Below are positions 1 through 8,016 of a stretch of DNA of 32,833 bases, piece after piece. Numbering within the stretch: the first letter of the stretch is position 1; every line of letters starts with the position of its first letter. The translations under genes were made by a program, and so were the position numbers. The DNA comes from Erysipelotrichaceae bacterium (GTDB lineage: Bacteria > Bacillota_I > Bacilli_A > Erysipelotrichales > Erysipelotrichaceae): NCBI GenBank assembly GCA_017620435.1, contig JAFZQL010000147.1, positions 1 through 32,833 of the forward strand, written 5' to 3'. The notes below the pieces were generated by a model that made no database searches, had not been told where the DNA came from, and saw only the letters and a program-made list of their open reading frames with translations.

Positions 1-88
1 CTTCCGCTTTTACCGTAATCGGTACATAGGCAAAAAACGATGAAAACAGTAAAGCCACAGAAAGCAGCAGCGTCAGTACTCTCTTCAT
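1..88 (-). CDS. 5' end of an exported protein (signal-peptide-like N-terminus only; the gene runs off the left edge)
   Basis: My own minus-strand translation from the ATG at 88 gives MKRVLTLLLSVALLFSSFFAYVPITVKAE... and stays open to position 1. It has a basic n-region, a hydrophobic core and a VKA-E site like a Sec signal peptide. AAAGGA lies about 11 nt upstream. It is too short to appear in the ORF track. Confidence 0.35.
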   Translation of the reverse strand, partial: MKRVLTLLLSVALLFSSFFAYVPITVKAE

Positions 89-147
89 TTTTTTATTATC
101 CTTTCATTATGATTAAGATTCATGTGCTTCCTCTTCAATTATATCAT

Positions 148-1665
148 CTATCTTTTTCTATTCCGATGCTTCTTTTCTTTCTTTTCCGGATCAGACAAGG
201 CAGACTCTTCCGTATCACTCAGCTGGGTCAGCAGGATGACAAAAAAGGCAAGAACACACACGCTCAAGGTGGTGGCGGAATTCACAAAACTCTGTGCAAA
301 ATAGGCAAACAGACCGCTGTAAGCAACCAGAGCATCTTTCTTTTCAGACACCTTTGTTTTTACATACAAAAGGAATACCGATGCCCAGCACACGATCCAG
401 GAAACAAGACCCAAGATGCCCATACTCATCAGCATCTGTATCGGTTCGCTGTGTGAAGAAGCGAAGACTCTTTCTCCCGCATCGATATCCTGATAGATGT
501 TGATCAGCAATTCAGGTCCTATACCGAATATCTTTTCTTTCCAGCTGTAATCGTGGAAATAATAATCCAGCGAATACTGCCAGAGTTCTATCCTTCCGTT
601 TCCCATTTCCTTGCCGAAGCTAAGCAGCAGACAGATCGCAGCTGCAGCCGCAAAAAAGACGGATGCAATCGCTACACCGATGATGACCCTGTTTCTGATC
701 TTTGCGTAATCCTTGTTGTCTGTTTTTCTTGTAAGCAAGAGAAGCAAAATACCGGCCGGTAAAAGAAGAGGACCTGCAGCGAATACATAAGGTCCTATGC
801 CGCTTAACCGATAGATACGTGCAGCAAAAAAACCGCACCATCTTATGATCAGCAGTCCTGCGGAAAACCCGATCATCAGATAAGACAGTTTTCTGATATT
901 CGACAGATCAGAAAACAGATAAGGGATCAGGAAAAAGAAACTAAACAGGTAAGCCGGATAAATGCCGTCTGCACCGTTTATCACAGAAGCAATCAGCCCA
1001 GACAGACAGCAGATATAGTAAAAACTTTCTTTTATCCTGTTTTCTTCATTCAGATACAGACAAAGAAAGGCAGGCACCAGCAGGCTCAGATAGCCGACGA
1101 TCCAGTTGCAGTTGCCCAACGTTCCATAGAAACTGTAATAATCCTCTCCCTGTATCCAGGTCCTGAAAGAGAACAGATTCAGTTTTGTTCCTCCCAGGAT
1201 GATCAGTATAAACTCAAACAAGGCAACACACATCAAAGGAAGATAGATCTTCTTTTCCTTGACGGTCCCGCTTTCAAAAGCCATGACAGCCAGGACCAGA
1301 CTGCAGATGCAGAACGATCCGATATGCCATCCGGCATCTCCCGTAAAGGCAGATCCCGGATAATAGGACATCAGTGTAGAGATCAGACTGATCACAGCTA
1401 GACTGATCAGACCGGTCAGAAGCAGATTGTGACGGATCCTGATTTTCCGGTCCCTGATCTTCACGATCAGCAACAGGATAAACAAAGGATCCAGGATCAT
1501 CATCAGGAAACGAAAACAGGATGCTTTGGCTTCCATGATGTCAAAGTAGGCATCCTGTACATATAGTGTCAGAAGAACACCGATCCCGTAAACAAACAGA
1601 GTATATGCAGTTAAAAATACCAGCTGATAGGTTTTATTAAATGTCTTTGTTCTGATATTCTTCAT
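148..1665 (-). CDS. Polytopic membrane protein, O-antigen ligase/polymerase (Wzy_C-like) family
   Basis: 505 aa with about 10-12 hydrophobic spans. A late loop, GIGPE...SSHSEPIQMLMSMGILGLVSW, resembles the Wzy_C signature (aHN.yLq.l.e.GiiGl). The ATG start was checked. Confidence 0.6.
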   Translation of the reverse strand: MKNIRTKTFNKTYQLVFLTAYTLFVYGIGVLLTLYVQDAYFDIMEAKASCFRFLMMILDPLFILLLIVKIRDRKIRIRHNLLLTGLISLAVISLISTLMSYYPGSAFTGDAGWHIGSFCICSLVLAVMAFESGTVKEKKIYLPLMCVALFEFILIILGGTKLNLFSFRTWIQGEDYYSFYGTLGNCNWIVGYLSLLVPAFLCLYLNEENRIKESFYYICCLSGLIASVINGADGIYPAYLFSFFFLIPYLFSDLSNIRKLSYLMIGFSAGLLIIRWCGFFAARIYRLSGIGPYVFAAGPLLLPAGILLLLLTRKTDNKDYAKIRNRVIIGVAIASVFFAAAAAICLLLSFGKEMGNGRIELWQYSLDYYFHDYSWKEKIFGIGPELLINIYQDIDAGERVFASSHSEPIQMLMSMGILGLVSWIVCWASVFLLYVKTKVSEKKDALVAYSGLFAYFAQSFVNSATTLSVCVLAFFVILLTQLSDTEESALSDPEKKEKKHRNRKR

Positions 1666-1707
1666 GATAAGTTCATTTCCATTATAACATCACTTAAATG
1701 CCTGTTT

Positions 1708-1730
1708 AAAAAAGACCGGTTCTTCCGGTC
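1708..1730 (-). terminator. Rho-independent terminator ending the PTS/esterase operon
   Basis: On the minus strand, GACCGG-aagaa-CCGGTC is followed by UUUUUU, 29 nt after the esterase stop codon. Confidence 0.6.
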
Positions 1731-1758
1731 GTGCGTTTTTCTATATCGATGACAGTGC

Positions 1759-2724
1759 TCATTCTGTCTTGAGATAGGCTTCATATACTCTTTGAATACT
1801 GTCTTCCGCCTGCCAGAAGAAATACAGCCGGTCAAAGAAACCGTGTGCCAGTCCCTTGTAGATCAGCAGCGTCACATCCACGCCTTCCTCATCCAGTTTT
1901 TGAGCGAGATCTTCTCCCTGCAGACGCAGATAGTCAAGACCCGCAAGGCAGAATATGGTCTTCGGATAGAAGGAATGATCCTTCATGTACAAAGGTGAAT
2001 TACAGGCGTCTTCTCTTTCTTCTTCTCTGCAGTAGTAAGGCGCCATGATCCCGTCGGCAGGACGAAGTCTGCTGATCAGGCTTCTCTCGAATTCTCCTGT
2101 TTCTCCATACCTTTTAATATCCCATTCTCTGTCATAACGGTCGCTCATCACGACGCATGGATAGTAGAGGATCTGGGCTCTGACTCTTCCCGGATGTTCC
2201 TTCTGTTTCAGGGTTTCCGCCAGGGCCAGATTTCCGCCTGCGGAATCGCCGAACAGGATGATCTTCTTTCCGTCTTTACACAGTTCATCGATGATTCCGC
2301 TGATCTGTTCTACCTGATGGGGATAGACGAATTCCGGAGCCAGATCGTAATCGATGGAATAGGTAACTCTCTTGAATGTCCTGGCGATGTACTTGCAGAC
2401 ATAACGGTAACGGTCTACCGCTCCTGCCCACCATCCGCCTCCGTGGATGAAGACGACCGGTTCATCGCTTTCGATCACAGAGGGAACATACTTCTCCGCC
2501 CTTCCCACTTCAAAGAATTCGAGACTGACGGAAACATCCTTTACCTTGTCGATAAAAGGAAAATCGGGATACTTGTCTCTGTATCTTTCATATCCGACAT
2601 CTCTTCCTTCTACGACCATTCCGGTGTGAGGATATTTCCTGCGGCTGAGATAGTAGTTTGCGCAGACCAGGTCGACGTTGGAATCCTGATAGGTCTGTTT
2701 CGGATCAACGATGATCTTTTTCAT
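1759..2724 (-). CDS. Alpha/beta hydrolase, hormone-sensitive-lipase-type esterase/lipase
   Basis: Carries the HGGGW oxyanion motif, the GDSAGG nucleophile elbow and a C-terminal GLAHGF histidine. Its start overlaps the upstream stop by 1 nt (TAATG). Confidence 0.85.
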   Translation of the reverse strand: MKKIIVDPKQTYQDSNVDLVCANYYLSRRKYPHTGMVVEGRDVGYERYRDKYPDFPFIDKVKDVSVSLEFFEVGRAEKYVPSVIESDEPVVFIHGGGWWAGAVDRYRYVCKYIARTFKRVTYSIDYDLAPEFVYPHQVEQISGIIDELCKDGKKIILFGDSAGGNLALAETLKQKEHPGRVRAQILYYPCVVMSDRYDREWDIKRYGETGEFERSLISRLRPADGIMAPYYCREEEREDACNSPLYMKDHSFYPKTIFCLAGLDYLRLQGEDLAQKLDEEGVDVTLLIYKGLAHGFFDRLYFFWQAEDSIQRVYEAYLKTE

Positions 2725-3413
2725 TATTCCGCCTCGTATCCGAGCCCGTTGATATAGTCTTTAATCTGTCTGATGTTTTCCTGAATGGACTGGCCCGGTT
2801 TGAATGCGGTCTTCGATCCCAGAATAAAGATCGTCGCGCCGGCATCCAGCAGTCCCTTGATGTCCGGATAATCGATCGAACCGTCAACGGCGATCTCGAC
2901 GTTCTCGTATCCTCTTTCATCCAGCATCTTTCTGAGTCTTGCGATCTTGTCCAGCATGGATGGATGTATCGTCTTCTCGCCCGCTCTGCTGTCTTTGACG
3001 ATCAGGTTCACAAAGCTGACGAACGGGAAGAATTCCTCGACCATGGATAAAGGCGTACCCGGATAAATAGAAACAGCAGGCTTGCCGCCTCTGGCCAGCA
3101 CTTCCTTGCAGATCTGCATTCCTCCGCAGGTCGTTTCCGCGTAGAAAGTCAGATAATTGCCCTTGATATTCGGATAAACCGCATTGAGGTACTCTTCCGG
3201 ATATTTCGTGGTGATATGGACATCGATCGGAACGTCGAATTTCGCGGCGATCATCGGAACCATGTCCGGAGAAAGCTTGGTAGTTCCATACAGGGTATAA
3301 TCCATCACATCGAAATGGTAATAGGAAACTCCCGCTTCCTGGAGTTCCCTGCATTCTCTTTCCATGTTGAGCAGATCGGCTCTTTCCAGCGATGGTGACA
3401 GTTTGATTTTCAT
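2724..3413 (-). CDS. Divergent ribulose-phosphate 3-epimerase-family TIM barrel (substrate unknown)
   Basis: Has an RPE-like N-terminus (SPSL...D...HFDVMD) and DVH and AVDGS motifs. The canonical MDGxFVPN and NPGFGGQ loops are replaced by MDYTLYGT and KDSRAGEK. It is a paralog of 13719-14390. Confidence 0.7.
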   Translation of the reverse strand: MKIKLSPSLERADLLNMERECRELQEAGVSYYHFDVMDYTLYGTTKLSPDMVPMIAAKFDVPIDVHITTKYPEEYLNAVYPNIKGNYLTFYAETTCGGMQICKEVLARGGKPAVSIYPGTPLSMVEEFFPFVSFVNLIVKDSRAGEKTIHPSMLDKIARLRKMLDERGYENVEIAVDGSIDYPDIKGLLDAGATIFILGSKTAFKPGQSIQENIRQIKDYINGLGYEAE

Positions 3414-3428
3414 GGCTTTCCCTTCTTT

Positions 3429-4289
3429 CTAGTTCTCCGACTTGATTTCCTGGATGCAGTCGTCCATGGCATCTCTCCAGGTGCGCATCGGACAGTTGAA
3501 AGTCTTCTCGAACAGACTTCCGTCCAGGACGACGTTCTTTTCTCTTGGAGCGAATTTTACGCCCATCAGACACGGTTTAGTCGCATCATCTCCGTATCCC
3601 ATCTTGTGGGCGATATAGCTGAAGTATTCATAACGGGATGCGGCTGTGGTGTTACACAGATGGTAGGTCCCGTATTTGTCCGATGTCAGCAGTTTTTCCA
3701 GCGCTCTGGCGATGTCGACAACATAAGTCGGATTGGAGATCTGGTCTGTCGTATACTGCAGTCCTCTCTCTCCGGCCTCCAGTCTGCTCAGCATCTTCAG
3801 GATCGGATTCCTATCCTTTCCCCCGTGCGCTCCAAACAGCAGCGGCACTCTGATGATGAAACTCTTCGGATTGAAGTATCTGACCAGTTCTTCCGCTTTC
3901 AGCTTGGTCTTGCCGTAGGTATTCACCGGACAGACAGGATCGTCTTCTTTATAAAGTCTGTCAGTATTGCCGTCAAAGACCCCGCCCGTGCTGATATGGA
4001 TCATCGGAATTCCCATGTTTCCGGTAATTAAGGCGATGTTTGCCGGAACGATCGTATTCAGCGCATAGGCTCCCACAGGATCTCTTTGCGCATCATCGAC
4101 ATCCTTGATCCCGGCAATGTGAATATAGCAGTCAGGCTTCTCTGATTCGATCTTCTCTCTTAAAGCCGTGAAGTCATTCAGATCCAGATCCTTTCGTCCT
4201 TTGATCACGACTGTCTCGTGATGTTCGGAAAGGATCTTTGCAACGTCATAACCCAGAAGGCCGTTGCCGCCGTCGAGCATGATTTTCAT
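3429..4289 (-). CDS. RmlD-type (dTDP-4-dehydrorhamnose reductase family) NAD(P)-dependent sugar reductase/epimerase
   Basis: Has an N-terminal Rossmann motif (GGNGLLG), the catalytic YGKTK (YxxxK), and the typical length and layout of the RmlD substrate-binding family. No rmlABC genes are nearby. Confidence 0.75.
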   Translation of the reverse strand: MKIMLDGGNGLLGYDVAKILSEHHETVVIKGRKDLDLNDFTALREKIESEKPDCYIHIAGIKDVDDAQRDPVGAYALNTIVPANIALITGNMGIPMIHISTGGVFDGNTDRLYKEDDPVCPVNTYGKTKLKAEELVRYFNPKSFIIRVPLLFGAHGGKDRNPILKMLSRLEAGERGLQYTTDQISNPTYVVDIARALEKLLTSDKYGTYHLCNTTAASRYEYFSYIAHKMGYGDDATKPCLMGVKFAPREKNVVLDGSLFEKTFNCPMRTWRDAMDDCIQEIKSEN

Positions 4290-4294
4290 AATTT

Positions 4295-4957
4295 TTACCC
4301 CAGTCTGCTTTCTGCAAACATGACTATAAATGTAACGATCAGCGATGCCGGGATGCCCAGCAGTCCAAACAGCAGTGCGCTCTTTACGTTCCAGTATCTG
4401 ATATATCCCAGCAGACAGAAGGATCCAAGCAGAAGGATCACTGTTACGACGATCATCTTCCTGAATATGTCTGTCCTTAGTTTTTGTTTGATTTCTTCGG
4501 TTTTTGCTGTCTCTTCTTCTCTTGTCTTGAGATAGACCAGCTCTTTGGTGTAGCCTTCCTTGAAACAGTTCTCCGCATACATTCTTTCCGTAAACAGGTG
4601 CACCGCTTCCGGTACGTTTTCGGAATAGTCCGTATAGATCTTGATCGCCTTCTTGATGATCTCGAACAGAGCCCAGCAGGTGGCGATGATATCCAGCATC
4701 AGCAGTTCTTTCGCGACAGCTTCATTGTTTTGCCTATACCTGAGACAGCACAGGGCAAACAGGAACCACACATCCGCCACCAGAAGCCAGCTGCTTCCTT
4801 TCAGGATGGCGATATTGGAAATGTTCATGCCGGATGTGATGATGGCTGAAGCGGCCTTCTTGTCCAGTCCGGTCGCCTTTACAGTCTTCTCTTCCTTTTC
4901 CGAGAAGTCCTTGTAGGCGTCTTTCCACGGACTGTTTCTTTTATCTTTCATTGCCAT
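4295..4957 (-). CDS. Hypothetical membrane protein
   Basis: 220 aa, with AGGAG 6 nt upstream of the ATG. It has a hydrophilic N-terminus, central hydrophobic spans and two clear C-terminal TM helices. I recognise no family. Confidence 0.6.
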   Translation of the reverse strand: MAMKDKRNSPWKDAYKDFSEKEEKTVKATGLDKKAASAIITSGMNISNIAILKGSSWLLVADVWFLFALCCLRYRQNNEAVAKELLMLDIIATCWALFEIIKKAIKIYTDYSENVPEAVHLFTERMYAENCFKEGYTKELVYLKTREEETAKTEEIKQKLRTDIFRKMIVVTVILLLGSFCLLGYIRYWNVKSALLFGLLGIPASLIVTFIVMFAESRLG

Positions 4958-4966
4958 AACTGTCTC

Positions 4967-5689
4967 CTAAAACGTATAGTCCGGGGTCATTCTGATCTTG
5001 TCCCGGTAAGATTCGGATATCGGATCCTGCAGCAGGAAGCTGATGATCTTGCGGTCGTCCTTGAAATGGATCGGATAGGCTTCCTTGACATTGCACTTTC
5101 TCATGAAGTAGTCGAACCCTTTCGCATACATCTCTTCCTGGGAAGGATTGAGGATCAGGAATGCCGCGTCGATCGGCGTATCCGAGATTTTGTTGATCTC
5201 CTTATGATAGTCTCTTGCCGCTTCGGCGATCTTTTCTTCTTTCATGTTGGGCCATGACCATTCGTTGAGATGACCCGCATGGTAGATGGTTTCCTTTCCG
5301 GTCTTGACCAGGAAGGCGCATCCGTGGTTGCCATCGCAGGTATCCAATGTCTTGATCGTCAGTCCATGATACTTGTAGGTCTGATCCGGATCGGTGAACA
5401 GGATCTTTTTCAGCGTTTCTTTTTCAATGATGTGACTGTAGAAGAAACGGAAACGGAACTTCTTGTTCTTGATCTTGTCGTTGGCTACGACATAATAGAC
5501 ATTGTCGTTTTTCGCGCCCCAGTGGAAAATGTCCTGGTTGTAGTTGTCGGCAATGGAACCGGATATGAAAACAAACAGCGGTTTATCCTTGCTGATCTTG
5601 GGCATTTTCCCCTGGGAATAGTTGAATATCAAAGAGGCATTCCCGGTCTCGACCAGAACGCCGTCCTGATATATATATGTAACCTTCAT
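4967..5689 (-). CDS. Metallo-beta-lactamase-fold protein (UlaG/COG2220-like) with a degenerate metal-binding motif
   Basis: The N-terminus MKVTYIYQDGVLVETGNASLIFNY and the later YHAGH and YPIHF blocks follow the MBL-fold pattern. HxHxDH is replaced by SGSIADNYN. There is no SD, and the gene starts 9 nt after the EIIA stop. Confidence 0.5.
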   Translation of the reverse strand: MKVTYIYQDGVLVETGNASLIFNYSQGKMPKISKDKPLFVFISGSIADNYNQDIFHWGAKNDNVYYVVANDKIKNKKFRFRFFYSHIIEKETLKKILFTDPDQTYKYHGLTIKTLDTCDGNHGCAFLVKTGKETIYHAGHLNEWSWPNMKEEKIAEAARDYHKEINKISDTPIDAAFLILNPSQEEMYAKGFDYFMRKCNVKEAYPIHFKDDRKIISFLLQDPISESYRDKIRMTPDYTF

Positions 5690-5698
5690 TGTTTTAAA

Positions 5699-6148
5699 TC
5701 AGATTTCAGCTTCCGTAAACAGGCTGTAGAGATCATCTACGCTTTCAGGGTTCAGCGCTCTGTTGAGCGTTTCGTCATCGCCCAATACGATCGCGACCTG
5801 CTGAATGGCCTGCATATGTGATTCGCCGTCGGCTGCAGCCAGCGTGATCATCAGATTGACATCTTCATCTTTTCCTTCAAAACGGAAAGGTTCTTTGACA
5901 TAAGTAATAGACAGCTGTGTCTCATTGACGCCTTTGTCTGAACTTGCGTGCAGCAGCGCTACACCCGGGCACAGTACGAAGTAGGCATTGTGTTCAATGG
6001 CACTCTCAATGATCGCTTCCGTATAGCGAGGCTCGATATAGCCCTGTTCAACCAGTTTCCTGGTAGCGACCTCTACGGCATCTCTCCAGTCCTTGACTGA
6101 GTCGATGATCTCGACGTTTTCATATTTTAATAATTCTTTTAATTCCAT
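5699..6148 (-). CDS. PTS EIIA component (mannitol/fructose/ascorbate EIIA_2 type)
   Basis: 149 aa, with GVALLHAS as the candidate phospho-His site and the typical EIIA_2 length. GGAGGG SD. It lies directly downstream of EIIC and EIIB. Confidence 0.85.
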   Translation of the reverse strand: MELKELLKYENVEIIDSVKDWRDAVEVATRKLVEQGYIEPRYTEAIIESAIEHNAYFVLCPGVALLHASSDKGVNETQLSITYVKEPFRFEGKDEDVNLMITLAAADGESHMQAIQQVAIVLGDDETLNRALNPESVDDLYSLFTEAEI

Positions 6149-6161
6149 ATATCCCTCCTAG

Positions 6162-6195
6162 AAAAATGGGAAGAGGATTTAACGATCCTCCTCCC
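6162..6195 (-). terminator. Intercistronic stem-loop with a U-tract between EIIB and EIIA (partial terminator or processing site)
   Basis: On the minus strand, GGGAGGAGGAU-cguuaa-AUCCUCUUCCC forms an 11-bp stem with one G-U pair, followed by AUUUUUCU. It sits in the only sizeable gap (69 nt) of the operon. Confidence 0.45.
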
Positions 6196-6217
6196 ATCTT
6201 TTTGTTACAAACTACTG

Positions 6218-6514
6218 TTATTCTTCGTCAGGGTTTTCTTCGAAGTATTTTTCAAGTACTTCTCTGATCTCATTCTTGTTGACGAGATTATGAATAGCTA
6301 CACATGGTCCGAAGACTTTTACCTGTTCATAGATATCGCCGCCGGCAATATAGAGATCAGCCATTCCTGTAGTGGTATCGCCGATAGAAGTATGTTCTAC
6401 TCTGATATCACCTTTACCCATAGCCTCAAGCACCTTTTCAACGTTCATTCCCAGAATGAGAGATGAACCTAAGCCTGCCTGACACACACAAAGAACTTTT
6501 TTTACTTTTCCCAT
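6218..6514 (-). CDS. PTS EIIB component (UlaB/SgaB-like)
   Basis: 98 aa. The N-terminal KKVLCVCQAGLGSS motif contains the phospho-Cys loop typical of this EIIB family. Confidence 0.85.
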   Translation of the reverse strand: MGKVKKVLCVCQAGLGSSLILGMNVEKVLEAMGKGDIRVEHTSIGDTTTGMADLYIAGGDIYEQVKVFGPCVAIHNLVNKNEIREVLEKYFEENPDEE

Positions 6515-6535
6515 ATTCTTCCTTTTAAGAAAGTA

Positions 6536-7903
6536 TTAGGCGTTTTTCTTCTTTCCTAATACGCCGATAACAACGACTGCCAGGAATGCGGCGATAACGA
6601 AGTAGAACATGTTAGGGCCTAAGAGTTTACCCAGCTGATACAGAGGGATAGAAACCAAAGCTGCGTCGGAGTTACCGAATGTAATACCTTCGATTACGAC
6701 TGAACCATATTTGATCAGTAAAGCCGGAACGAAGTGTGATACGAAGCCAACGAGAGCTGCAGCCAGGATAGCACCACGTCTGCCGCCTGTAGCGTTAGCA
6801 ACACATCCGTAAGTAGCGCCAAGGTAGAAGGAACCGATCAGAGAAGGCAGTACGACTGGGAAAGTCGGATCAGCCTGGTTGATGGCGATGTTAACTACGA
6901 AGGCAACCAGATAAGCGATCGTGCAAACGAAGAAGCTTACAAGAACGCCTGTAGGGTAGTAAGGGAATACTACCGGGATATCCAGACCTGCAACTGCGTT
7001 CGGAACGAGTTTCTCGGACAGGCCCTGGAAAGAAGGAGTGATTTCACCGACAACCATACGAACGCCGGCCATCAGGATGAAGATACCCATCGTGAATTCA
7101 AGAGCGTAGTTGATAGAGCCGATGATGAAGTTCGTACCAGCACCGAATGCATTGGATACAACTTCAGGCTTAACAATTAAGCAGATGATAGAAACGATTA
7201 CGTAGATAGCGAACATAACCAGTGACAGAGAAACGTTCCAGTCTCTTAAGAAACGCATCTTCTCAGGGATGTTCATATCTTCTGTTGAATGAGACTTGTC
7301 GCCGAACAGTTTGCCTACGCGACCAGCGATCCAGTAGAAGAATGTGCCGGAGTGAGCGATGGAGATTTCTCTTGTCTGTGTAATTTCACAAACATCTTCG
7401 TAAACCAGAGAAGGCATGACAGCCATGTAAGCGCCACATACCAGACCGCCGGCAACGATTACCTGCCAAGTAGGGAAGCCCATGTTGGTGAACAGGAATG
7501 CGCAGCAGGTTGCGATCCACATCATTTCATGTCCTGTTAAGAAGATGAAAGAGAACTTCGTGAATCTGGCAAGCAGCAGGTTAACGAACATAGCGATAAC
7601 GATGATACCGGAAAGAGCAACACCGTAAGTATCGCCAGCGGCACCGAAAGCACCCTCGTTGGAAGCAACGATACCGGTGAAGCCCATAACATCAGAAGTC
7701 ATGGAGTTCAGAGGTCCTAATGAGTCAACAAGGAACGTGCCTGAGCCGGAAATCAGCTTGTAGCCCAGAATTGTCTTGATCATCGAAGTGATGATGTCAG
7801 ACCAGTCTTTTTTTCTAACGAGCATACCTGCCATGACATACAGTGACAGTAAGATAGCAGGGTTAGAAAGTAACTGAATGATAAAATCAATTACAAATTT
7901 CAT
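6536..7903 (-). CDS. PTS EIIC permease, SgaT/UlaA (ascorbate-type) family
   Basis: 455 aa, polytopic and Gly-rich, with the length and layout of UlaA/SgaT. There is a strong AAGGAGG SD. EIIB and EIIA follow. Confidence 0.9.
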   Translation of the reverse strand: MKFVIDFIIQLLSNPAILLSLYVMAGMLVRKKDWSDIITSMIKTILGYKLISGSGTFLVDSLGPLNSMTSDVMGFTGIVASNEGAFGAAGDTYGVALSGIIVIAMFVNLLLARFTKFSFIFLTGHEMMWIATCCAFLFTNMGFPTWQVIVAGGLVCGAYMAVMPSLVYEDVCEITQTREISIAHSGTFFYWIAGRVGKLFGDKSHSTEDMNIPEKMRFLRDWNVSLSLVMFAIYVIVSIICLIVKPEVVSNAFGAGTNFIIGSINYALEFTMGIFILMAGVRMVVGEITPSFQGLSEKLVPNAVAGLDIPVVFPYYPTGVLVSFFVCTIAYLVAFVVNIAINQADPTFPVVLPSLIGSFYLGATYGCVANATGGRRGAILAAALVGFVSHFVPALLIKYGSVVIEGITFGNSDAALVSIPLYQLGKLLGPNMFYFVIAAFLAVVVIGVLGKKKNA

Positions 7904-7970
7904 AAATACTTTTCCTCCTTAAATTAAAATTATTTATGATACTTATATTTTAAAACCATATGACATAGAG

Positions 7971-7984
7971 TGCAAGCGTTTTCA
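7971..7984. promoter_or_regulatory. Candidate catabolite-responsive element (cre, CcpA site) upstream of the PTS operon
   Basis: The minus strand reads TGAAAACGCTTGCA, matching 13 of 14 positions of TGWAANCGNTNWCA. It overlaps both plausible promoters of the EIIC gene. Confidence 0.55.
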
Positions 7985-7988
7985 CTGT

Positions 7989-8016
7989 ATTATCACATAA
8001 TCCTCACACAATTCAA
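7989..8016 (-). promoter_or_regulatory. Candidate sigma-A promoter for the PTS operon
   Basis: On the minus strand: TTGAAT, a 16-nt spacer, then TGTGATAAT (extended -10). An alternative is TTGCAC-17-TAAAAT just downstream. Either one overlaps the cre. Confidence 0.4.

Noticed and set aside
40-456. 138-aa plus-strand ORF at the left edge, and the nested ORF at 122-304.
   Set aside because: They overlap the 3' end of the Wzy-like gene and the start of the exported-protein gene on the opposite strand. Neither has an SD, and the composition is odd.
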